The notes beneath the pieces are model-generated. The model searched no databases. It was not told where the DNA came from and saw nothing but the letters and a program-made list of their open reading frames with translations. From positions 1 to 62,257 of the IMG/VR virus record IMGVR_UViG_3300030052_000108: 62,257 nt of DNA. One strand, given 5' to 3'. This DNA comes from a virus. Lineage: Duplodnaviria; Caudoviricetes. Every line of letters starts with the position of its first letter. Positions within the stretch are counted from its first letter, which is position 1. Shown here one piece after another: positions 45,923 through 54,338 of the stretch. The translations under genes and the position numbers were made by a program.

Positions 45923-48900
45923 ATGAACATTGCAGAACTCGGCGTCAAGATCGACTCGGCCGATGCGATCCAGGCCAAAACAAGCCTGGATGAGATGGCG
46001 AAGGCTGGCGGCCGGGCCGAGCAGTCCGCCGTCTCGCTGATGAACGAAATGGAGGCGCTGGAAAAGTCGCTGTCCACCAGTGCCAAAACTACCCAGGACC
46101 TGGCAAAGCTGCGTGATGCTCTCGCCAAGCTGACCAAAACCGGCGCCTATGGCGAGGCAGAAGCGGCGAAGATCTCCGCGCAGCTCGACAAGCAGCAGGT
46201 GGCCCTGGCCAAGTCCGCTCTGGATGAGCAAAAAGCTCTCAACAGCTTGCTGGGGGCAATTGACCCGGCCCGCGCGGCGCTGGCGAAACTCGACACTCAA
46301 GTTGAGCAACTGGGCAAGCACCTGGACGAGGGGCGCCTGAGTCAGGACGACTACAACAAAGCCCTGGGCAATATCGACAAGGACTATGCCAAGCTCGAAA
46401 AAACCGCCACCGGTTTCGACAAGCTGCGCCTCGGCACCCGCCAGGCGCAGGAAAACGTTACGCAGCTTGGCAACGCGCTGTCTTCTGGTGACTGGGGGAG
46501 CGGTGTTCGTGCTGTTCTTCAGCTTGGCGCAGGTGCTGGCGCATCGGCCGCCGGCCTATTGGCCATGCTGGCGCCTATTGCCCTTGCGACAGGCGCTGTC
46601 GCCGCTCTTGGGGTCGCCTACTACAAAGGCAGCGAAGAGCAGGACAAGTACAACAAATCACTGATCCTCACCGGCAACTATGCTGGAGTTAGCGCAGAGC
46701 AGTTGGGCGACATGGCGCGGCAGGTCAGCGCAACCGTGGGCACCACCGGCCAGGCTGCTGCGGTTCTCGCGCTGCTGGCCGACAACGGCAAGATCGCTGG
46801 CGAGAGCTTCACTGGCATCACCCAGGCCGCTGTGTCGATGCAGGAAGCCACGGGCAAGGCGGTGAGCGAGACGGTCGCCGAGTTCGCGAAGCTGGCCGAC
46901 GACCCGGTCAAGGCGTCCGCCGCGCTGAACGACCAGTACCACTATCTGACTGCCTCGGTTTACTCGCAGATTGCTGCACTGGAAGAGCAGGGCGACCACG
47001 CCGGCGCCGTGAAACTGGCGACCGAGTCTTACGCTGACGCGATCAACGAGCGCACCCCGAAGATTCTGGAAAACCTGAGCTTTTGGGAGCGGGCGTATAA
47101 CGCTGTTGCCAAGGCGGCGGATGGACTGAAGAACGCCGGGCGCCGCGACATCAACTCGGATATCGAGACCGCGAAAGCCGGGCTTCTCGAAGCCCAGAAC
47201 ATGGACGGGTTATTTCAGAACCAAAAGTCCAAGGATGCTTTGATAGAGTTCCGGCAAAACCGCCTGAACATGCTGGAGGATGAGAAAGCCGCTCAGGCGG
47301 ATATCGCCAAGTGGGAAGGCGAGCAGGCGAAGGCGCAGGGCGACGCAGTGTCGTCCATGGCCAAAATCGACATCCTGACCAAATCGTCGTGGACGAATGA
47401 GCAGAAGCGCACCGAGGCAATCAAGGAGTACAAGCAGCAGCTCGAAGACATCCGCAAGGTCGACCCGAAAGACTCTCGCCTTGATCAGGCAACGGTCGAC
47501 AAAAACATCTCCAACATCAACGACAAGTTCAAAGACCCTAAGACTGTCGGTACCCAGGTCGACCTGACCGGCTTCAACGACGCCAAGAACAACCTGGCGG
47601 CCATCGCCGCGGACTACAAAAACTACCAGAAGGAACTGGACGCGGCGCAGAAGGCCGGACTGGTATCCGAGGCTGACTACCTGCTGCGTCGCCAGGCCCT
47701 GATCGGCAACGAGCGCGATCAGGTGACGGCAGCCTACGAGGCGGAAATCACCGCTCTGGAAGCCGCCAAGGGCAAGAAGACTACGTCGGCCGCGCAAAGC
47801 ATCCAGCTTGACCAGAAGATCGCTGACGCACGCGCAGGGATGGTCAAGGCACAGAAGGATGCCGACAGCCAGCTTGAAGTGTTGGCCACCAATGAGGCCG
47901 GGCGCCTTGCCAAGCAGGAGCGTGCGATCAGCACCTACATCCAGGCGCTGGGGCAGCAGCAGCGGGCACTTGAATTGGCTGGCCAGCGCGCAGTCCTCGG
48001 CGTGGGCCAGGGTGATCGCCAAAATGCACTCAGCGGCGAGCTGAACAGCCAGCAAGACCGGTTTGCTCAGCAGTCCCTGGAGTTGGCCAACCAGAAGTCC
48101 GACCCGTCGCGGAACATGTCGGAGGAAGAGTTCAAGCGTAAATCTCAGGCGCTCGCCGATGCGAACAAGGCGGCGACTGACCAGATCCGGCAGAACTACG
48201 CGGATGTGGAAGCCGCCCAGGGCGATTGGACGAAGGGCGCGACGGCAGCTTGGGACAATTACCTGGACTCGGCGCGAAACATCGCCGGCCAGACGAAAAG
48301 CCTGTTCGGCAACGCCTTTAGCTCCATGGAGGATTCGCTGGTCAACTTCGCCGTTACAGGCAAAGCGTCGTTCGCGGACTTCACCAAGTCGATTTTGGCG
48401 GACATGGCGCGTATTGCGACACGTCAGGCCAGTTCCGCTTTGCTGGGCAGCCTGGTGGGGGCTGCGGCGAGTTACTTCGGCGGCAGTGCCGCCGGCGGCA
48501 ACGGGCTCGCCGCCGGATCTGCTGGCGCTGCATCTTCCAACCTTGGCGCTTCAGCGGGGGGCTACTCCGGTAGCTACTTCCCGCAAGCCATGGGCGGCGC
48601 TTGGTCGGGCGGGGTGCAGATGTTCGCCGACGGCGGCGCGTTCACCAACTCCATCGTCAGCAAGCCAACCTCGTTTGGCATGGCGAACGGCAACATGGGT
48701 ATCGCTGGTGAGGCCGGTCCGGAGGCGATCATGCCGCTGACCCGAACGTCCAGCGGCAAGCTCGGCGTTATGGCCATGGGCGGTGGCGGGGCCGGCGCAA
48801 CACAGATCAATGTCGAGGTGCATATCGACGGAGACGGCAACGCATCGTCCTCCGCCGACGCGCCTGGCTACGACCTGTTTGGCAAGGAGTTGGCGGCGTT

Positions 48901-48982
48901 TGTTGAGCAGAAGTACCAGCAGATGCGCAACAAGGACATGGGCCAGGGCGGCGTCATCAACAAAGCAATCAAGGGGCGCTGA
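45923..48982 (+). CDS. Tail tape measure protein
   Basis: 1019 aa Ala-rich; lambda H-like L..TGN.AG, DP...L...Y..LT; GEAGPEAIMPL. Confidence 0.95.
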   Translation: MNIAELGVKIDSADAIQAKTSLDEMAKAGGRAEQSAVSLMNEMEALEKSLSTSAKTTQDLAKLRDALAKLTKTGAYGEAEAAKISAQLDKQQVALAKSALDEQKALNSLLGAIDPARAALAKLDTQVEQLGKHLDEGRLSQDDYNKALGNIDKDYAKLEKTATGFDKLRLGTRQAQENVTQLGNALSSGDWGSGVRAVLQLGAGAGASAAGLLAMLAPIALATGAVAALGVAYYKGSEEQDKYNKSLILTGNYAGVSAEQLGDMARQVSATVGTTGQAAAVLALLADNGKIAGESFTGITQAAVSMQEATGKAVSETVAEFAKLADDPVKASAALNDQYHYLTASVYSQIAALEEQGDHAGAVKLATESYADAINERTPKILENLSFWERAYNAVAKAADGLKNAGRRDINSDIETAKAGLLEAQNMDGLFQNQKSKDALIEFRQNRLNMLEDEKAAQADIAKWEGEQAKAQGDAVSSMAKIDILTKSSWTNEQKRTEAIKEYKQQLEDIRKVDPKDSRLDQATVDKNISNINDKFKDPKTVGTQVDLTGFNDAKNNLAAIAADYKNYQKELDAAQKAGLVSEADYLLRRQALIGNERDQVTAAYEAEITALEAAKGKKTTSAAQSIQLDQKIADARAGMVKAQKDADSQLEVLATNEAGRLAKQERAISTYIQALGQQQRALELAGQRAVLGVGQGDRQNALSGELNSQQDRFAQQSLELANQKSDPSRNMSEEEFKRKSQALADANKAATDQIRQNYADVEAAQGDWTKGATAAWDNYLDSARNIAGQTKSLFGNAFSSMEDSLVNFAVTGKASFADFTKSILADMARIATRQASSALLGSLVGAAASYFGGSAAGGNGLAAGSAGAASSNLGASAGGYSGSYFPQAMGGAWSGGVQMFADGGAFTNSIVSKPTSFGMANGNMGIAGEAGPEAIMPLTRTSSGKLGVMAMGGGGAGATQINVEVHIDGDGNASSSADAPGYDLFGKELAAFVEQKYQQMRNKDMGQGGVINKAIKGR

Positions 48983-49320
48983 TGGCAATCGAACGATTCA
49001 CCTGGGCAACGGAAAAGGGCGCGGAGGGTGATGTGACCCAGCGCGTCCGGACCAAGCAGTTCGGCGATGGGTACGAGCAGTCGGTCGAGGATGGTCTCAA
49101 CAACCAGTCCCAATCCTGGCCGCTCACGTTCACCGGCGCCAAGGCTCGCGTTCTGGAAATCAAGACGTTCCTCGATCGGCACAAGGGCGCCAAGGGCTTC
49201 CTGTGGGAACCCCCGCTGGGCCAGCTTGGCCTCTACAAGTGCAACGGCTACAAACCGGTTCACCGCGGCGGTCAGGTCTACGCCATCACCGCCACCTTCA
49301 AGCAAACCTTTCATCCCTGA
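48982..49320 (+). CDS. Minor tail protein M
   Basis: FGDGYEQ...DGLN; FL.RH.G...F.W.PP. Confidence 0.92.
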   Translation: MAIERFTWATEKGAEGDVTQRVRTKQFGDGYEQSVEDGLNNQSQSWPLTFTGAKARVLEIKTFLDRHKGAKGFLWEPPLGQLGLYKCNGYKPVHRGGQVYAITATFKQTFHP

Positions 49321-49329
49321 GGCCCATCC

Positions 49330-50082
49330 ATGGCACTGATCACGGACATCCAGAAACTGGAGCCCGGCGGCGAGATTCGCCTGTTTGAAATTGACGGGAC
49401 TGAGTACGGCGCGGATTACCTGCGCTTCCACGGGCACGCCATTCCGCACACACCTGAAGAGCTGCTGGCCTACGAGCATTTGGAAGAGGATTTGCCGGCG
49501 AAGTCGATCTGGTGGCAGGGAGAGGAGTACGCGGCCTGGCCGGTGCAGATTGAGGGGATTTCCTCGAGTAGCGACGGCACAGCCTCACGGCCGACATTCG
49601 CCGCCGGCAACGTCAACGGCCGCGTCACGGCACTGTGCTTGGCCTTCGAGGACATGCTCAAGTTCAAGCTGACAGTTCGAGAGACCCTGGCTCAGTACCT
49701 GGACGCGGCCAACTTCCCCGACGGCAACCCGACTGCAGACCCGACCCAGGAAGCGCTGGAGATTTGGTATATCGACCAGAAAACCAGCGAGGACGGCGAG
49801 GCCGTGGTCTGGGAGCTATCTTCCCCGGGCGAGATCGACAACCATGGGTTACCCGGCAGGCAGATGACCACGTTCTGCCACTGGGCCATGACCAATGGAT
49901 ACCGCGGGCCTGACTGCGGCTACACCGGCGCGGCCATGTTCGATGCCGAGGACAACCCCACGGATGACCCAGCCAAGGATCAGTGCAAAGGCTGCCTGTC
50001 GTCCTGCAAGTTGCGCTTTGGGGAGAACAACGAGCTGTCCTTCGGTGGCTTCCCCGCCGTTTCCCTGATAGCCAGGAGCTGA
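49330..50082 (+). CDS. Minor tail protein L
   Basis: YLDA.NF..GNP.ADP; C.W...YRG..CGY...C..CKLRF. Confidence 0.93.
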   Translation: MALITDIQKLEPGGEIRLFEIDGTEYGADYLRFHGHAIPHTPEELLAYEHLEEDLPAKSIWWQGEEYAAWPVQIEGISSSSDGTASRPTFAAGNVNGRVTALCLAFEDMLKFKLTVRETLAQYLDAANFPDGNPTADPTQEALEIWYIDQKTSEDGEAVVWELSSPGEIDNHGLPGRQMTTFCHWAMTNGYRGPDCGYTGAAMFDAEDNPTDDPAKDQCKGCLSSCKLRFGENNELSFGGFPAVSLIARS

Positions 50083-50084
50083 CC

Positions 50085-50840
50085 ATGCGCAAACACATCA
50101 TTGCGGCGATTCAGGCGCACGCGGCAGCGGAGTATCCCCGCGAGTGCTGTGGGCTGTTGTTGGCTATAGGCCGGGCACAGAAGTACTTCCCATGCCGGAA
50201 CATCGCCACGGAGCCGAACGAAGAGTTTCGGCTTGATCCCGAGGATTACGCCGCGGCGGAGGACATGGGGCAGGTGATTGGCATTGTTCATTCACACCCG
50301 GACGCCACTAGCAGGCCGTCACCGCACGACTTGGCCATGTGCGAGGCCACGGCCTTGCCCTGGCACATCCTGAGTTGGCCCGAGGGCGACCTCAGGTCGA
50401 TCACTCCCACGGGCAGCACGCCGCTGCTCAAGCGCCCGTTCGTGCACGGTGCCTGGGACTGCTGGCAGGTCTGCGCCGATTGGTATCGGCGGCAATGGGG
50501 GTTGGAGTTCGAAGCCTTCCAGCGCACCGACGGCTGGTGGGAGAGTGCGGAGAACGCCAGCCTGTACGAGGCGAACTACGAGGCCGCTGGCTTTGTGCGC
50601 GTCGACCGGCCACGGCGAGGGGATCTGATCGTTATGCAGGTCGGGCGAACGGTTCACCCGAATCATGCGGGGATCTATTTGGGCACTGATCCGGCGCTAC
50701 CAGGCGAAGAGTCGGGCACCTTCGGCCCTGGCCCGTTCCTGCTGCACCACCTATACGGCAGGTCGTCCGAGATCATAGTTTTCGGCGGCCCCTGGCATGA
50801 CCGGACATATCTGGTTCTCAGGCATAAAAACGCGAAATAA
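50085..50840 (+). CDS. Tail assembly protein K (JAB + NlpC/P60)
   Basis: E.CG, HSHPD, DC, NHAGIY. Confidence 0.93.
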   Translation: MRKHIIAAIQAHAAAEYPRECCGLLLAIGRAQKYFPCRNIATEPNEEFRLDPEDYAAAEDMGQVIGIVHSHPDATSRPSPHDLAMCEATALPWHILSWPEGDLRSITPTGSTPLLKRPFVHGAWDCWQVCADWYRRQWGLEFEAFQRTDGWWESAENASLYEANYEAAGFVRVDRPRRGDLIVMQVGRTVHPNHAGIYLGTDPALPGEESGTFGPGPFLLHHLYGRSSEIIVFGGPWHDRTYLVLRHKNAK

Positions 50841-50920
50841 ACAGCCTAATTTGCAGAGAGAGTTGCTGGCACTTATAGCGTTCCATTTTTGCCTAATAGT
50901 GTACTGTCCAATTCTAGACT

Positions 50921-51928
50921 TCATGACCTACGTCGGACGATGGGCGTGTAAAGATGGCTCACACCACCTTGTTTATTTGCGCCCATCATTTGGAGTGTGG
51001 TTGCCTCTCCATATATCGTCTGACTCCCAACTAAATAGGAAGGGGCATGAACTGCGCCATTGAAAAGAACCCACCCAGTAACGGCTGCATCCTGAACATC
51101 AATTGTGCGTATAGGGTTTGTTATGGTGACTGGATGCGGGGAATCGCTGTAGAAATGTGTCTCGGCAATAAAATGGTGCGGCTGCTCCGGTTTCCATAAT
51201 AGAACAGCATGTACATTGGAGCCGACTGTAGGTTCAATAGATGAGGCGAATTTAACTGTCGCAACAGTTAAATCAAGGATGCTTTTGACGTAAAGCTCGT
51301 ACTCTTCGAACGATTGTGGGTGTGTGACTTGAGAGTGAAGTTCGCTCCATGAATGGTCAAAGTATGCTCTTGTCTCAGCGCGATCGCCTGAACCAACCAT
51401 GTCCACCCCGAAGCTTGCTCTAACCCCAGCTTTTCGTCGAAATCCGATAGCCCGAATTGCTTTGTTCGCTGGGTTGCTGCTCTTTGTAAATTCAACTAAA
51501 AACGACTTTATCTCTGATCGCTTTGACCTCCATCCGGAAATAACAACCGTCAATCCTGAGGTTCTAGTTTCAGAATCAGGCAGATCTGAAAGCCTCTCCC
51601 GAAGCCGTTTGATGACCCCATCTATCGAGAGCCTACCTGCAGATTCTGAAGCGCCAAGCTGAACTGACCATGGGTCAGCTCCGTCCGCGAGCATTTCCTT
51701 TACCCAAGGGTGAAGCTGCATCGCTATCCATTCGTCTGTTGGTTTGCCTTGGATGAAGGCCGCGCCCGCATAGCTGATTGTTGCCAATCCATTTGAAGCT
51801 TCAAAAACAACGTTTTTATTCGACTTGGCGTCAAATTCTTGTGTCTTTCCTCTTTCGGAGGTAGTTAAGAGACGATCACCAACCTGAAGAACGAAAAGAG
51901 GGGATGAGATGGTTACGATTAGTGTCAT
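50921..51928 (-). CDS. Proteasome beta/HslV-like Ntn-hydrolase-fold moron protein
   Basis: After Met removal Thr1, Asp17, Lys37, SYAG and GSG motifs. Confidence 0.6.
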   Translation of the reverse strand: MTLIVTISSPLFVLQVGDRLLTTSERGKTQEFDAKSNKNVVFEASNGLATISYAGAAFIQGKPTDEWIAMQLHPWVKEMLADGADPWSVQLGASESAGRLSIDGVIKRLRERLSDLPDSETRTSGLTVVISGWRSKRSEIKSFLVEFTKSSNPANKAIRAIGFRRKAGVRASFGVDMVGSGDRAETRAYFDHSWSELHSQVTHPQSFEEYELYVKSILDLTVATVKFASSIEPTVGSNVHAVLLWKPEQPHHFIAETHFYSDSPHPVTITNPIRTIDVQDAAVTGWVLFNGAVHAPSYLVGSQTIYGEATTLQMMGANKQGGVSHLYTPIVRRRS

Positions 51929-52164
51929 AGGCTTTGAATTCGCAATTTTTCAAGGTCAGCGTGCGCATATGATGTGAGCAAGAGATACAGATCAAATGGG
52001 ATCTCATCACGAGGCCATGAAGTTCGGTTTGACATGCTTGCTGATCTATGGGCGCGTGATTGGTTGATGTGGAAATAGAGTTTCATGCTGGGGGAGGCAT
52101 AACAAGCTTTTTCGTGTCTTCACTCTCCAGTGCTACAGTCCCGCCAAACCAACGAGGGAACGAC

Positions 52165-52515
52165 ATGCGGATTTTGATAGCGGCGGTAGCGGTGGCGATG
52201 CTGGCGGGGTGCATGACGCCGACGATGAATGAGGCGCGCCAGGCGGGGCCGTATAAGGTGCTGACCTCGAAGAAAACCGACGCCACGCTGGCTAAATGCG
52301 TCCAGTACGAATGGCAGAACCAGCCGATCTTCGGCGGCACGCCTGGGGCAACGCTTCAGCCGGGGCGCGACACCGGATATACGGTATTCACTGAGGGCTC
52401 CCAGTACTTCGTTGACATCCAGCCCAAGGGCGCGGGCTCAGAGGCGAAGTATTACGTGGTGGTGGGTAACTGGATCGCCAATAAACGGCTGATCGCGCTG
52501 CAAGGCTGCCTGTAG
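52165..52515 (+). CDS. Moron lipoprotein
   Basis: MRILIAAVAVAMLAGC lipobox; GAGGG RBS. Confidence 0.85.
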   Translation: MRILIAAVAVAMLAGCMTPTMNEARQAGPYKVLTSKKTDATLAKCVQYEWQNQPIFGGTPGATLQPGRDTGYTVFTEGSQYFVDIQPKGAGSEAKYYVVVGNWIANKRLIALQGCL

Positions 52516-52577
52516 CGGCACATCAAATTGTTCAAGGCTCGCTTCTGCGGGCCTTTTTATTGCCTGGAGAAAAGCAC

Positions 52578-53189
52578 ATGGCGGCACTTGCCATCAATTA
52601 TCAGCCCATGACCACGATCCTGCTCTACGGACAGCTTCGTCAGTTTGGGAGGTCCTTTCGGATGGCCGTAAGGACGCCGGCAGAAGCTGTTAAGGCTCTG
52701 TGCGTGCAAATTCCAGGGTTCGAGCGCTTCTTGTCCAACGCCAAGTCCCGTGGGGTTGAGTTCGCCGTATTTCGCGGCAAGACAAACCTGGCGGAGAAGG
52801 AGCTTGGATTCACGGGCGAGGGTGATATTCGCATTGCTCCGGTGATAACCGGCAGTAAGCGCGGCGGCGCACTGCAAACCATTGTCGGCGCAGTGCTGAT
52901 CGTTGTCGGCCTCGTCATCACCGGCGGCACATTCGGCGCAGGGGCACCATTCGGTTCCGCGCTGATCATGATGGGCGGCTCGATGGTGCTGGGCGGCGTG
53001 ATCCAAATGCTCAGTCCCCAGGCCGGCGGCCTCAAGACCAGCGCCGCGCCAGAGAACACCCCCGGCTATGCCTTCGGCAGCGCCAAGAACACCACTGCGT
53101 CCGGCAACCCGGTACCGCTTTGTATAGGCGAGCGCCGGTGGGGTGGCGCAATTATCAGCGCCGCCATCTATGCCGAAGACAAAGCGTGA
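52578..53189 (+). CDS. Tail assembly protein I
   Basis: LYG.L..FG...EA..AL...IRI.PV..G.K...GNPVP...G.R..GG..ISA. Confidence 0.93.
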   Translation: MAALAINYQPMTTILLYGQLRQFGRSFRMAVRTPAEAVKALCVQIPGFERFLSNAKSRGVEFAVFRGKTNLAEKELGFTGEGDIRIAPVITGSKRGGALQTIVGAVLIVVGLVITGGTFGAGAPFGSALIMMGGSMVLGGVIQMLSPQAGGLKTSAAPENTPGYAFGSAKNTTASGNPVPLCIGERRWGGAIISAAIYAEDKA

Positions 53190-53191
53190 GT

Positions 53192-53268
53192 ATGCTTGCA
53201 TTTAATAGTTGATATGCTTGCATATTGGTGATTGAATGCATGCATTGTTAAAGAAGGAATGCAAGCAT
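53192..53268. promoter_or_regulatory. Four phased ATGC-WW-GCAT palindromes (operator array)
   Basis: Copies at 53192, 53214, 53236 and 53259. Confidence 0.75.
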
Positions 53269-54280
53269 GACTGAGCCAACTGGAAAAGCTAAGGGCGGTG
53301 CGGCAAGAGCGAAGTCGCTTTCAGCTGAAGCGCGTTCAGAAATAGCCAAAAAAGCAGCCGATGCCAGATGGGGTGCTCCCAAAGCACTTTATGTCGGACA
53401 GCTTTCAATAGGCGAATTGACTATTGATTGTGCTGTTCTCCCTGACGGGACTCGGGTTTTGTCGCAACGTGGTGTCGGGCGTGCTCTTGGAAGGGGGTAT
53501 GGGGGTAAAGACTGGCGCAGAGATGATGAAGACGCCGGTGGGAAACTGCCATTTTTTATGAATGCGAAGGCACTTTTTCCCTTTATTTCCAGTGAGTTAA
53601 TGGCGCTGGCCGTTTCTCCTATTGAATATCGCCACGGCCAAGGTGGCGGAACTGCTCACGGAATTGCGGCGGCAGCGTTGCCACAAATTTGTGAGGTTTG
53701 GTTAAAAGCAAGGGATTCCGGGGGGCTATCTAAAGCCCAGCTCCCTGTGGCGGCAAAAGCTGAGATCATCATGCGCGGCCTTGCGCATATTGGTATCACC
53801 GCGCTGGTGGACGAGGCTACAGGCTATCAGGAGGTTAGGGACAAACAGGCACTTCAAGCGATTCTCGACCAGTTTTTGAGGAAAGAACTTGCTGCATGGG
53901 CTAAGCGATTCCCTGACGAATTCTACAATCAAATGTTTCGCCTGAAGGGGTGGCAGCGAAAAGACCTTAGCTCGCCTTCTCGCAGGCCCGGTGCTGCTGG
54001 GATGTACACGAATGATATTGTTTATGAGCGTCTTGCCCCAGGCATTGTGCAGGAGCTTGAGGCAAGAAACCCGAAGGATGCCAAGGGCAATCGTAAAGGC
54101 AAACATCATCAACTGCTGACTGAAGATGTTGGACATCCCGCGCTGGCACAGCATGTTCACGCGCTAATTGCGTTGATGCGAGCGTCAACGTCATGGGATC
54201 AGTTCATGTTGATGCTAAACACTGCTTTTCCCAAGAAAAACGACACGCTAATGCTGGATCTTCAGCCTCAGAAAACGTGA
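53267..54280 (+). CDS. P63C-domain protein
   Basis: C.VL.DGTRVLS; GI.ALVDEATGYQ..R...LQ; W.K.FP.EFY; HQ.LT...G. Confidence 0.9.
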   Translation: MTEPTGKAKGGAARAKSLSAEARSEIAKKAADARWGAPKALYVGQLSIGELTIDCAVLPDGTRVLSQRGVGRALGRGYGGKDWRRDDEDAGGKLPFFMNAKALFPFISSELMALAVSPIEYRHGQGGGTAHGIAAAALPQICEVWLKARDSGGLSKAQLPVAAKAEIIMRGLAHIGITALVDEATGYQEVRDKQALQAILDQFLRKELAAWAKRFPDEFYNQMFRLKGWQRKDLSSPSRRPGAAGMYTNDIVYERLAPGIVQELEARNPKDAKGNRKGKHHQLLTEDVGHPALAQHVHALIALMRASTSWDQFMLMLNTAFPKKNDTLMLDLQPQKT

Positions 54281-54338
54281 TTTGAATTAGCTAAGCCAGC
54301 CCGCCATCGAGCGGGCTTTTTTTCGCCTGGAGGAAAGC

